The translations under genes were made by a program, and so were the position numbers. Below the pieces are notes generated by a model. It was not told the DNA's origin. It saw nothing but the letters and a program-made list of their open reading frames with translations, and did no database searches. From the NCBI GenBank assembly GCA_028023455.1, contig JAQFVV010000005.1:15376001-15440000 (forward strand): 64,000 bases of DNA, in the 5' to 3' direction. Of this stretch, positions 39,191 through 51,769 are shown one piece after another (position 1 is the stretch's first letter; the number at the start of each line of letters is the position of its first letter). Source of the DNA: Epiperipatus broadwayi (Eukaryota; Animalia; Onychophora).

Positions 39191-42100
39191 ACTAAACCAC
39201 ATGTTTATCTCCATAATTAGCTGATCTGTTTATCTAGAATTTAATTAATTTTATATAATAGTAATAATGTCATTTCCAACCACCTAATTATAAAATACTT
39301 TACAATTGTTAAATAAAATATTTTAAGCTACTTTAAAATAAACTTAAAATTAATAGTGCTGCATATATTTATCTGTGCACTTACTTGTACATATAACTTT
39401 TGCATAGTAAATATGTTAAAAACGTTTAATTTAAAATTCCTATCGAATTTTCAAATTTTATACATGAAGCGCAGATATACAGTGCTTCAATACTATATAT
39501 ATGTATATATTTCTTCAATATACAATCAAATACCTTCTAAATATTTAGTTATAGATTTATATAAGATTTTATCAAACATTTTTGACAAAAATTGAATTAA
39601 GTATTTTTAAAGATATGATTTTTCCTGATTAAATGTCCATGGTATATGGTTAAATTGTATTATTTAGGATAAATATTAATCTTTGTGGTCACTTACCTTC
39701 CTAAATTAGTATAAATGAATGTTAATGATAAAAAAAACTTGTATTTGATTTCCATTTTAAGACAGTAAGATTAAATCATTATAAAGATTTTTTAAGCGAC
39801 AGTGGACAAAGATATTCTTTTCAATCATTTCTCCCCATTAAAATATATTCAAACTTTTTCGATAATTTATAAAAATTACGATTTTTTTTTTAGCATGTTA
39901 AAATAGTCTGTAGAGAATTTTCTTTTTCTAGAACTATTAGACTAATTAATAATTTAATATTAATTCGTTTTTCTTTCACTTTACTTAAAATAATTTTAAA
40001 ACCAGATTTCAGAATTTAAAATATCTTCTTGGTTTAGCACATCCAGCTATTATTATTACCCTGGTTTGAGTTTGGCCAAATGAAAACAAACTTTTTTCAG
40101 TCACACAAGCTTAAAACTTTTCTTTCAGAATACCAGTCCATAATCAATCTACCTATTATGAGCCAGAGAGTAATTGATGATTTAAAGTTAACAAGACTAT
40201 GTCAGATGACTGACTATTAGTACACTGGTAATAAAAAGAAGTTAATTGTAATAATTATGCAATTTTACTACTGATTAAGAAGTGATGGAGCTCAAGCTTA
40301 CCTTTACAGTTTATTGCACTTGATTCATTTTCCTTTTTTATAAATATAAAAAATTGTATCCAATATTTTTATACAATTTCTAATACAATAACAAAAATAA
40401 AATCAAAACCAATAATTTATTCTTTAAAAAATATACATAGAAAATAAACCAATAAGTAAAACTAATTTATTTTTTAACTACTAAACATCAACAAAAAAAA
40501 AAAAAAGCCATTTTAAAAAAATTATGATTGCAAAAAACTTTCTAGGAATTCTAAATACTTTTTTAAATTGATGGATGGGATTTCTGATTCTATAAAAAAA
40601 ACATTTTTCATTGGCCCTGAAGCCACATACCACTGCTTTTCATCTCTGTCCAAGTATTGCCAAATTAAAACATTTCCTTTTTTGCCATTGCTATTCGTGC
40701 TGCCATTTTCTGACTTCAGGTTTCATATATCAACCAAAAGAAATCTATGGCATGAATTCAACAATAGTACAATTAAAATTTCATATTTAGATGTACATAA
40801 TAATACTTACCCTGCATAATTTATCGCAATGATCAAAAGGTAGACTCTGGAACTAAAATTCACAGACCTGATTCTAAATTGTCACTTTCAATACTTGAAA
40901 TCATTTGATTAGTGCAATAATGTTTACAATTTTATTGCTGAATTGTCTTTACTTTTTGATTTATTTTTTTCCTCACATATTAAAATAACTAAACTATGCA
41001 ATATATAAACATTAAATAAAAATTTATTAATTTTTCATTACATTTTTAAAAATATAAAAAAAAAACAGGATAAATTTACAAATTAGATATAATTTCAAAT
41101 ATAAAAACTATATAAAAACCATACAAACATGTCTATAATAACACTATAAATAACTCAATTCTGCATCAGTAGCTTCATACACAATTTCAGTTGTACAAAT
41201 ATAAATTCAATTGACAAAATTATTAATACACTTCTGTCACATATTATTTGTTTTGGAAGAGGCTATACCTTTAAAATGCAATGTATTTCACTGTTAATCA
41301 AACTCATTCTAATGTAAATTGTTTAATCATATTTCATAACTGAATTTAATAGCTATATATATAGTAGGAAAGTAAAGAGGAAATACAAACTTTAAATATT
41401 ATCTAGAATAAAGGCCACTCCAGCATAGCTTTTCTCTGGAGAGTAAATAATGGAGAAAACAATATTAACCGGGGTGTTTTTTTGCTTATTTTACTCTCTA
41501 AAGAACTAGATAACCATTTAACAATCACAGCCTTATAGCTATCTACATTGGCTATGGTACAATTATCTAGAAAATATCCAAAACTTGCTTGGAAATCCTC
41601 AGCTAAGAACATTTCCAAGTTACTCCCAAATTTGAATAAATCATGATCATGGAAGGCATTTGTACTACCTACTAGATGTGAATCCTTTATATATACACAG
41701 CTAAATTGAAAATTTAATCAAATCTACTTAGGCATAAGTTGGCTACAAATTTCACAATCAACCACTCAAATTTCAATATGCTAATTTTTTTTATGCTTAT
41801 TTTACTGCAAATATTTGACAAAAAAAAAAAATCAATACACAATTAACACAAAAATTTTTTTTATTTAATTTACTCAACTTTCAATTATGACAAATATTTT
41901 TTAGGATAAATAACAATGCAATAACATTAATTCTTTTATATAGTAAAGGAGGTAAACTAATGTTAAAAATAAAGAAAAAAGGGAGGGGGAGAGGATAGAA
42001 TAAGAATCATAAAGCTGAATAACTCTTTGCATGAGAAAATAAAATTTGTTGAAACATGAAAGTGAAATCAAACAAAATTTGTTAAGTATTTTCTTGAAGT

Positions 42101-44399
42101 TTATGAAGTAAAAATTACTGTATTAAAAGAAAAAAAATAAACAGATAATTAAACAAAAAACAAATGAGACTGTATATTAGAGGGGATTGTGATGAATGAA
42201 GAAAATGAAAAATCTAAGCCATCATTCTGATGTAGATAAGCAATTAGGTTTAGAAAAGCCAGCCTGAGTAACACATGTAATGCCTTTCCAGAAAGAATTA
42301 CTGCTGACAATTGCAATTGAACATTTATCAAACTTGATAAGTTACATATACATACTTAATATCAAAAATCCTAATAAATATGAATACTGATACAATTATT
42401 AAACAAGGTATCAATGTACTCTGCTACCTACATTCTATTTTATGTTTGGGTTGGATTTCTAATCAATTAATTTGAAATTCAACATGTTACATATACATAA
42501 AATATAGATTCATAATTAATTGAAAATTAAAAGAGAAAAATGACATAATTCCCCATGTGTTGTTATATTTTTTTATTGAAAATTTAAAAATAAACTTGGT
42601 GTTCTTTTATTGATATTGTTAAAATGTTTTTATTTGCAAAAAAAATGTTAAAGTAAAACTTGGGATTTATTCATTTAAATTGCTTTTTTTTTTAAAAAAA
42701 AAAAGGAGGCAAAAAAAGCTAAGATAGCAATCCATTTTGTGGCTGCCAAATTACTCAGTCCATACAAAACAGCAAAAGCCTTTTTTTATTTCTGTGAAAT
42801 AAAACAAAAATACAATTATTGCATAGTAGGAATCCAAAGAAATAAGAAATGTTTCATTTTAACATTTTTATTTCAAAGTCAACCAAAACCAACCAATTCA
42901 TTTTTATTTGGAATATTTTATTTGTAATTTGTACTGAAGGTAGCTGACAATTATTGTTTTCATAAAAGTCTACATTTATAATTGGCCATATTCCCCCTCT
43001 CCCTCTTCACTTTTTACAAAGCAAATAAGAAAAAATTTTAAATTTTAAAGACAAATAAAAATAAAAATTCCAATTAAATCTGCCAATTAAAAATAAGAAG
43101 AGATTGTTTGTAATTATGCATAAATTAATTTGTGAATCAATATTATGTACTAATATGAGAAATCAAAATAAATCTTGAAAACTTACAATTGACTGTCTAT
43201 CCACTCCATCCTCCATTGTTTCAAAATCAAATAAGAAATTGAGAAGACAAATAATACTACAGAAAAAAAAAATCTGTCATTGAAAAATAAAAGATTTTAG
43301 ATTCCTCATTGAAATTTATAATAGTGTAGTAATATTACAATAAATCCCTTTTACAAATCAAAAGAATCTTAAATTTATCAATTAATCATCCCAGTGTTAT
43401 TTCATGACATCAAAAGATTCAACTAAAAATAAAATACAATGTAGGTAGCTGAGCAACAATACTTGACTGTCTATGTATTCAGTAAAATTATAAACAAAAT
43501 CATTACATAATAGTCATGTAATGGATGAAATAATTTTTACAAAAAAATTATCTCTAATTAAGGTTAACAGAAATTTCAATTAATGATATAGAACACTACA
43601 TAAGCCTTTATATACAGTTGTCTATAGCATCTGATAGTTCATAAATTTGAATTCACATCATGAGTAGGTCCATAGATATCTACGGATTTATTACTGGGCC
43701 CTTTTTTTTATACATTATTCTATTTTCCTGGTAATTATTTTTTGTTGATATTTTAATGGAAATATGATAAACATATATTTTGTAGTTTGCTATATTCCAA
43801 AAGTAGACATGGAACCAAAGGAACAGAATATACTATGCATTGTGATAATTAATTTTGACTTGACAAAAAGCTATATCATTTAAATATAAGATTTCAATAT
43901 CTAAGATCATAAAATAAATATTACTAATAATGTAATATTTCTAAAATTAAGTGATAATAGGATAAAGGATAACTTCAACACTTTGATATCATAATGAAAA
44001 GCTAAATTTTATATATATATAGAAGATTAGCTACTTCAAGAAAAGCTAGCTTGTTTTCATAAAATGTCCTACAATGTCAGAAAATAAAGACACAACAAAA
44101 TGTTGCTATAATATTATTGAAAACAGAAAATTTTCATTAATTTTCTTTCTACTGGTCCTGAAGCAATTCAGAACAAACTACTACCATTCTTTAACTTTTA
44201 AAGAAAGCCTGACTATAGTTTAAGGTTTAACAATAATTTAACTTTAGAAAATTTATGACATAACATATTTATAATCTTAAAACATTTTTTTGCCAAATTT
44301 TTTATTTAATAAAGATTGGGGATGTAACCAAAGAAATAAGTTTACATTTAATAATCATGTTGTTAAGTTTCTCTAACTGTAGATTACTAATAAACCATA

Positions 44400-44850
44400 T
44401 CTAACTTTTTTCTTGGATAACTTTTCCATTTTTCTTTTCTAATTACTTTTTCTATTGCATTTATAATGTGATAAAATTTTTCATGATTCATCCTTCTTCC
44501 ATGGTATAATATCACAGTCTCTTTTCTATAATCTTATACCTACATTCTTCATTCTTCTTCCTCTTGATTTTCATGATCTTCAGTAGGTCCATTTTAATTA
44601 TGAGCAATCTAACATTGTGGTTCTTATTCATTATTGACTCATCTGCCTCATAAAAAATAATAGAATATTGTTAATGTATAAATTATGTTCATTTTTCTTT
44701 TACAATAGTTTAAGATCCTTTAAGTCATTTTGTTTTCTCAAGTTTATTTTGGCCCCATTTCAAATATTCTGCCAAATGCCAATCACAGATAAGATATGCA
44801 TTTTTCTCCATGCTGATAATTTCATCGGCAGCAAAAAACAGATCATGTAA
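44400..44850 (-). mobile_element. LINE apurinic-endonuclease fragment (RTE-like)
   Basis: Minus strand ...GPTEDHENQEEEE resembles the YAPTE..E.E.F motif. Otherwise decayed. Confidence 0.45.
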
Positions 44851-47179
44851 ATATATTTGCATTTTTTTTATCTCAAACTTAAGACCATGATTGTAAAAAA
44901 ATTTTAAAAATTAAGACTAAAAAAAAACAGTAATAAAAATACAAACTATTTACTTAAGTCTGATATTTCTTAATTTCAGTTAAAATATTATTTTAAAAAA
45001 TTAAAACTTATAAAAAATCTATTGTACATTCCATAATGCTATAATTTGAAAGGCAATTTAATTGTTTATGACATAAATGTTATGCATATTGTATATGCAC
45101 AACTTGCAGGATTTTATAAAACAGAAATTGAATGAATGCATTCTATGCAAACCCCATATTGCTCTGAATGAGAAAAAGATGTTTTTAAAAAAAGGACAAT
45201 TATAATGTACATCACATAACACATTCGTACTAAGATGGATAAACTTTGGGAATTTGATCTCAAGAATTACGAAGGCTTATTTTGTATGCAGTTCGTCTTA
45301 AAAGAAATTTACTTCAGAAACATCGCATAGATATGGTAAAATATTACAGTAAATAGATACAATATTCTAAAAATTCAAACAGCACAGCATTTCTTTTTAT
45401 TTAATATTAATATTTTATGTTTATTGTAAAACTACCGATTACACAGAAATAGAATGACAGATTTCTTCTTTTCAATTGGACACCGTACACCAGCTGAATA
45501 CATATACATTTTATTTTCAATAAAAATAAATAGTATTCTGAATTTTCTTTTTGGAAAAGATTCAGAGGATAATTGATAAATATATGTACATATTTGCACA
45601 CATACATAAAAGATTCCATTCAGTAAGTACACTTCATATCGGAATACATTGCCAGAATAATATCTAAATTGCAGTAGATAAAAATATTAATTCTTGTGAT
45701 ATTATATATAAACAACTCAGATATTTCCAACAGATAGAAGAGTAGTTTGATTCTTTATCAATAGTGATAGAAAAAAAACCTTTAAATAATGGCTTATATT
45801 CATTTAGTGACTCAATTACAATGGCTAGATATTCAGCTTGAAGTAAAAATAGCTTTGCAATCTTAAAAACAGAAATTCTGATAATTGGAGAAGTTTCAAG
45901 ACTAGTGAAATATTTTTAGGCAATACATGATCTATAAAGTGGTGCCACATTATTTAATGAGTTTCTATTATTCCAATTTTAGATGACAAAACATACTTGA
46001 GATGTTGAGGTACAGCACAGATTCAAATTGGTTAATGTATTTAACAAGTTTAACTAAGTTAGTTGTATATAGGACAGTTACATATATATATATATATTAT
46101 CAATATCATCATTCATAAACACAATAAAAACATTTAAGAATGTTTCATAATATTCTAAAATATGATGGCGAAATCATAAGATGAATCTAAGTTAATTAGT
46201 GCGTAATGATGTTGAATCTACTATTGTAAAAAAAAAATTTGAGGTTAAATGTGTAAAGCAAATGAGTATTTTATGGTGAACTTGAGTAATTTTCATAGAA
46301 GAGGCAGAATCCTTTTAGATTATCTCAATTATTGTCTTCATTTAGAATGGTGTGGCTGAGGAAATATACTGATATCTTTCAGGAAAAAAAAATTAGGTCA
46401 CAATCAAAAAACACAACAACACAAGGTATTAAACAAATTGAATGAAATAACATGTATATAGATAAATATCTCTGTTTCACTGACTCACTTTTAGCTTTTA
46501 ATTTTTATCTGATATTAGAATTACCACATTCATTTATAAGTGACTGCTAATGAATAGATCCCATTAATAACAATCATATAGATGTATATTTCTTTTATGC
46601 AGTATTGCTGTATCTTTTAATTATAAATAATGATTCTATTCTAAAGCAATAGGTTCAAGTAATTTGTTACATTTTAAGATTCAGTCTAATTAATAGCAAG
46701 CTTCTTAAAAAAATGATTTTTAAAATTTGTTTAATATTTTCAAGAACAATAAAAATAAAAAATTTCTAAGTTATTTTATATATACAATTGTATTTTTTTT
46801 AATGTTTGTATATATATATAGTAATACATAAACATATATTTAAATTATTTGGTAATTTGAGTATCTTTTATATTATTTCCTTTTTGCATTCTGTGAGCGA
46901 GTCAAACTTCTATTTTTAAACGAGACCAAGCAAAAAAATAAAATTCCTTTGATGCCTTTTACAAATTCAAGTTTAATTAATTCTTTTTAAAAGTCTTTGT
47001 TGAATGAATATTTTGGCATATAATTAGATACTTTAGTATTAAAGCTGCAATGTAGGGGAGATAGGAGGCTTTTTCACACCCACAATAAATGTGTAATGTC
47101 GCGATAACATCAAATTGAAAGAAAAATAATCCCTGCGAGTATACGTGAAAAAACATGTTTTTCTTTATCAACACGATCT

Positions 47180-47890
47180 TTTTTTTTAATGGCGGCATTA
47201 TTGTTTGATTGCAAATCCCCCCTTTTTTTTTATTTCAAATGTCGTTGTTAAAAGTTGTTAATGTTGAAAGTCGTATTTTTTTAAAATTTCAAATGTCATT
47301 CTTAAAAGTTGTTAGTGTTGAAAGTCGTTCTTAAAAGTTGTTTCTGTTAAAACTTGTTAATGTTGAACATCGATGTTAATTAGCACTTCTATGAACATCC
47401 CAGCATATTTTGCAATCACGTGGTACATTTTCGGAGGGAAGATTTTTACTGCAGATTTTCATTTTGTGGTAAAACTGTATGTGAAAAATTTGGTTTTAAC
47501 GCGTAAATTCCTGTTATATATTACACGCTGTCGTACGAATATGGTTAATATATTTTTATCCAAATTTCTTAAAAATCAAAATCATTCACTAGTTTGTTTG
47601 GTGCATATTTAAACTATTTTTTTTGATTAATGGCATCATTATTATTGTAAGATCGCAAATCACATTTTTTTTATATTTCAAATGTTCTTAAAAGTTGTTA
47701 GTGTTGAAAGCCGCAATTTTTTTTTTTTTTGAAACTTGTTAATGTTGATAAGTCGTACATATTTGAATGCATTTGTTATTGAAAATTATCGCAAATCACT
47801 TTTTTTATTTTATTTTAAATATCGTTCTTACAAGTTATTAGTGTTGAAAGTCACTTTTTTTTTTTTTGAAACTTGTTAACGTTGAAAGTC
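47180..47890. repeat. Array of aaagttgttartgttgaaagtcg-like motifs in a ~440-bp duplicated unit
   Basis: The motif recurs about seven times. The unit start ttaatggc...gcaaatc is seen at about 47186 and 47628. CpGs are retained. Confidence 0.6.
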
Positions 47891-47894
47891 GTAG

Positions 47895-48198
47895 ATTAGG
47901 GCATTACCTTAAATTTAAAAAAATCAAGAATCTAAGGACCCAGGGTCGAATCCCGTGCTAATACTGTCACTGGTCAGACCAGCAACACTTGAGGAAGAGG
48001 GGAGACTAATTCCTCTCGAAACGTTGTGCATATACTAACCTGTTTGATGTGCTAATATTAACAGCTGAATGTATTTAGAATATTTAAATAAAGTTACATT
48101 TTTCTAAAGACATTCAATACATATATTATTAGATGATGGAAATAATCCAATATAAAAATACAACCAGAACACCATCATCACAAACCTTCAGGAAAACA
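47895..48198 (+). mobile_element. SINE-like element: tRNA-like head, hammerhead-like motif, body and tail
   Basis: B-box-like GGTCGAATCCC (47944-47954) within a tRNA-like stretch. Hammerhead-like motif at 47986-48028. Body and tail are shared with the insertion at 11723-11991. Confidence 0.7.
47986..48028 (+). ncRNA. Minimal type I hammerhead-like motif
   Basis: cac-TTGAGGA-a-GAGGGGAG-actaa-TTCCTCTC-GAAACGTT-gtg: 3-bp stem I, 8-bp stem II with two G.U pairs, palindromic ACGT helix III, predicted cleavage after GUU at 48025. Confidence 0.6.
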
Positions 48199-48247
48199 CA
48201 ATATATTTATTGTTTTATTATTCTTTTACTTCTAGTTATTTTTAGTC

Positions 48248-48481
48248 CTGTAACACGGAGCATGTATTAGACCTACTGCGTGTGTTCACATTCGAATCAA
48301 CCTTCCGATAACTTTATAAATCTTGCACAAGATCGTGTACACATTCTTTTTTTTTCCCAAAAAAGTTGAGTACAACCTCTGTGTACACGTTATTTTGATC
48401 AGATCACAAGATTACAAAGTTATCAACGGATTGATACGAAAGTGAAGTCGCAATAGGTCTAATACATACTCCGTGCTGCAG
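48248..48481. mobile_element. Fold-back MITE, 234 bp, almost fully palindromic
   Basis: Left ctgtaacacggagcatgtattagacctactgcg versus right reverse complement ctgcagcacggagtatgtattagacctattgcg. Arms align for about 100 bp. No clear TSD. Confidence 0.8.
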
Positions 48482-48522
48482 TTTTAATACTAAAGTACCT
48501 ATAATTCATTAAGCATATATCG

Positions 48523-48765
48523 TAATATAATTTGTATTTAATAAGCTTTTAGTTAGTTGAAATTATAAGTTTGGAATGATCAATTTTATGTCATTTCTAT
48601 GTGCTTATGGGCATATAATATAATATAATTTGTTGGACATAGACGGTAATATAATTTGTATATAAGCTTTTACATTCTCTAAATTATAAGATTGGTATGA
48701 TCAATTTTATGTTATTTCTACATATGCTTATGGGAAAATATTGTAATATAATTCGTTGGGTATAT
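48523..48765. repeat. ~123-bp diverged tandem duplication
   Basis: gtaatataatttgtat...atgatcaattttatgt...gcttatggg occurs twice. Confidence 0.7.
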
Positions 48766-49449
48766 ATTCTAAAACTCATATTTATATAAGCTTTTAGTTT
48801 TTCAAAATTTATTTGTTCATTCCATTTTTTACACTTTGTATTTTTTAGTCACAAAATTTGGTCAAACGTAGTTGTACATTTGTGCTTTAAGTTTTGAATT
48901 ATTGATGGAAATTGTAACTGTATATTTTAGTCATGTGATTTGATCAAGTATGAAATTTGCGATTTAATTTTTGAATTATTGATTAAGTTATGATTTTGAA
49001 ATGAATAGTCATATCATGACCATGTGCACATTATTCGATTTCATTTATCACTTATGTGTTACCGGTGTTTTTGGGCGGTCCTTAGACTTCAAAATGGCAG
49101 TGAGCACACTAAATCAATACCCATAATTTTTACCAAAATTAGTAGCAACAATATATATAACAAATATAGTCATTCTAATTCAAGACAAAAGAAAAAAAAA
49201 CCCACCAAAAAAAAGTGGGTTTTGACCAAGACAGGACAAAAAAAGAGCTTTGACTAATCTGTGAAAAATAAGTACATCTAAATATATTATGTGATGGTCC
49301 CATTATTTGATATTTATGGGGCTATCCTTTAGCTTCAATAAACTGTAAAAATCTTTCATACCCTGTTCAATTGCTTTTATGACGGAAATTTCCCTAAATT
49401 TTTTTTTTTTTAAAAATATGTTACTCATTAATTTTATATGTTCAATCCA

Positions 49450-50460
49450 ATAAGAAGTATTTTACAATTGTAAATTTGATATTGGAAAAGTACATATCCT
49501 TCAAAGAAATTTTCTACGCCTTTCTTATTCTAATAAAAAAAAATGCATACTCCAATTCTATTAAATTAATTTTTCAGAATAACTGTCCTATATGCAACTG
49601 ATTTAGTGGAAGTCATTCTCAAGTTAATAACTATCTTTTTTCCATAATCGGTTGATAAAGAACCAGAATTTTTTCACCATTCATTATTAAATCAAATTCT
49701 TCACAGAACACACATTGAACTGGCAAATCAACCTGATCGTAAGCATATTTAAAACTAGAAGCCCAATAGAAGATGTTCTTACTCAATCTTTTAATCAATT
49801 CCAATTAAAAATTCTAACATGCCTCTATTACATTTGAATGCCATCTGTATAAAGATAATTATTATCGTTAAAAAAAAAAGTTCAATCTAGTTCCACATTA
49901 TTGTTCAACACAAGTTTTCATTTCAAATGCCAGATTTACAATCAACAGCAATAATGATTCTTCTCACATTATATAGAAGCTATTTATAATAACTATAAAC
50001 TTTCATGAACAATTACTTCTGCCATAAAGCTTTTCAATTAAGTCAAATGTCTTGATTAATTTACACATTGCACAAGTCTTTAAATCACTACAATAACGGC
50101 CATAATTGTTCTTTATCTGACAGAAATGGCACAACTTCATGGTCAATATATTCCTAAAATATTAAAATTGTTTGAATATCAATATATTTTAAAATTTCCA
50201 GGCTTCCTATCAGATAGTGCAATCTTTCTATTTTTAAAATGAAAAATAACTGTCTTAATTTCATCATGCAGTATAGTTCTGACCAAAATCTAAATGATTT
50301 GATAGAATATATCACTAACAGTCATCCTGATACTTGTATTACAATTAAACCACTTCCACATTTGTGGTCAGCAAAGGCCAATTCTTTAAAAAAACTTCCA
50401 ACATTGGAATCACACAGAGTAAAACTTGTCACAAATGTAGTTTTAAATTAATTTACTGAT
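49450..50460 (-). mobile_element. Possible decayed hAT (GTF2IRD2/Charlie-like) transposase fragment
   Basis: Minus strand EVVPFLSDKEQLWPL...FKDLC...LN..L resembles the L.D...L..LAFL.DI...LN.LN motif. Many stops. Confidence 0.35.
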
Positions 50461-50669
50461 TATACTATTTCTTACAACTTCACAAGTCTATTACCAGTCT
50501 ATTAAATACATCACTGTATTCTATTAAACACATCACTATATTCTCAAAGCTACATTTATTTTCATACTTATATACAAAAAAAAAAAGAAATTTAATAACA
50601 ATTATAATAAATATAATTAAGAAATAGAACTATGGTTGCATAAAAATGTTTATCTTAATTAGTTTAGAG

Positions 50670-51067
50670 CAGGGGTCCCCAACCCTTTTGCACTTAAGAG
50701 CACATTCTATAATACCGACCAGGTGGTGGCTACCAGTTATTTTTTTCAACCAGGTGGTGGCACCATTTATTTTTTCAATGTAAATTTATAGTTGGATATT
50801 GTTAATAATACACATAATGTACAAAAAAATATTTATTTCAAAAATAAAATTTTAATATATAATTAACGTTTATATTTTTACACTGTAAAAGTATAGTATG
50901 CCCTATAATTTAATTACAATATAATACAATAATTTATAAGAAATTTTAAAAATTAAATTTATTTGTATCAGATAAATAATTTTTTATCGTGTTCGGATAG
51001 CAGCGGGCACATGTAAAATGGTCTGCGGGCACCATGGTTCCCGCAAGCATAGGGTTGGGGACCCCTG
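50670..51067. mobile_element. hAT (Charlie-type) MITE, 398 bp
   Basis: Perfect 15-bp TIR CAGGGGTCCCCAACC and perfect 8-bp TSD GTTTAGAG. Same family as 59094-59762. Confidence 0.95.
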
Positions 51068-51573
51068 GTTTAGAGAAACAACTAATAACATGAGGTTCAT
51101 GACATTTGTTATAACTAAAGAATGCAATTATAATTGTATAAACAGGCAATCGCATTGTCCCAATTAGCCCAGAGAACTAATGATGTCTGAGTTTCATGAC
51201 AACTGGACCCATCATAATGATGGAACAGGAAGAAAAATCAAACAATAAACATGAAGTGATAGAAAAAATCGCTAGATATATATTTCTATATGCAACACAC
51301 ATTCATATATAATGTGATAATGACAACTTATGCATAATAATGTAAAGTTTATGTATTTGCATATTTACACATGTAGATTATTTTTCAGCTAAGAATGTTT
51401 AAAATTTTTTTTATTATTCCATCTATATGCAAATAATAATTTTATCTTTTATTTTGAAATTCACTGCTATTAATTCACACTATGGAATTTAACCTTGAGT
51501 ATTAAATTTTTAAGTAAATATCTTTATTACCAAAGTCACATTTTTCTTTATTTTGCTGTAATATCCATAAATA

Positions 51574-51769
51574 CAATTTATCCAAACTACTTCAAACACT
51601 TTTTAGCAAAACTCTTTATTTGTATATGTATACATACACCTGCGTTTTTTTTTTTGAGACTAAAATAAACTGACTCGGAAGAAGACTGCAGGTCAGTCGA
51701 AACGTAGGTGTATGTATATGTACAAATAAAGTTTTGCTAAAAAGTGTCTGAAGTGGTTTGGATAAATTG
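51574..51769. repeat. Palindromic element (~73-bp arms) enclosing a hammerhead-like core
   Basis: Arms caatttatccaaac...cacctgcgttt and aaacgtaggtg...gtttggataaattg. The loop contains CGGAAGA-a-GACTG-caggt-CAGTC-GAAAC. Flanked by direct TAAATA. Confidence 0.85.

Noticed and set aside
35565-39700. dom microexons (16 nt at 35565-35580; 4 nt at 39697-39700) with GTAAGT donors
   Set aside because: Lengths are not multiples of three, so they would frameshift the phase-0 junction, and there is no conservation evidence.
6250-47910. Recursive-splicing ratchet points (tttAG|GTAATC at 6251; ttaAG|GTAATG at 47907)
   Set aside because: Both lie in TEs, the first is not conserved in the other LTR, and several such sites are expected by chance in 52 kb of AT-rich DNA. 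Nascent RNA-seq sawtooth data would be needed.
47895-47960. Functional tRNA gene
   Set aside because: Only a B-box/T-arm-like part is recognisable. There is no acceptor stem or T-run terminator, and it runs into repeat sequence.
51176-51240. C/D-box snoRNA
   Set aside because: The C box is imperfect, the CTGA is too close, and there is no terminal stem.
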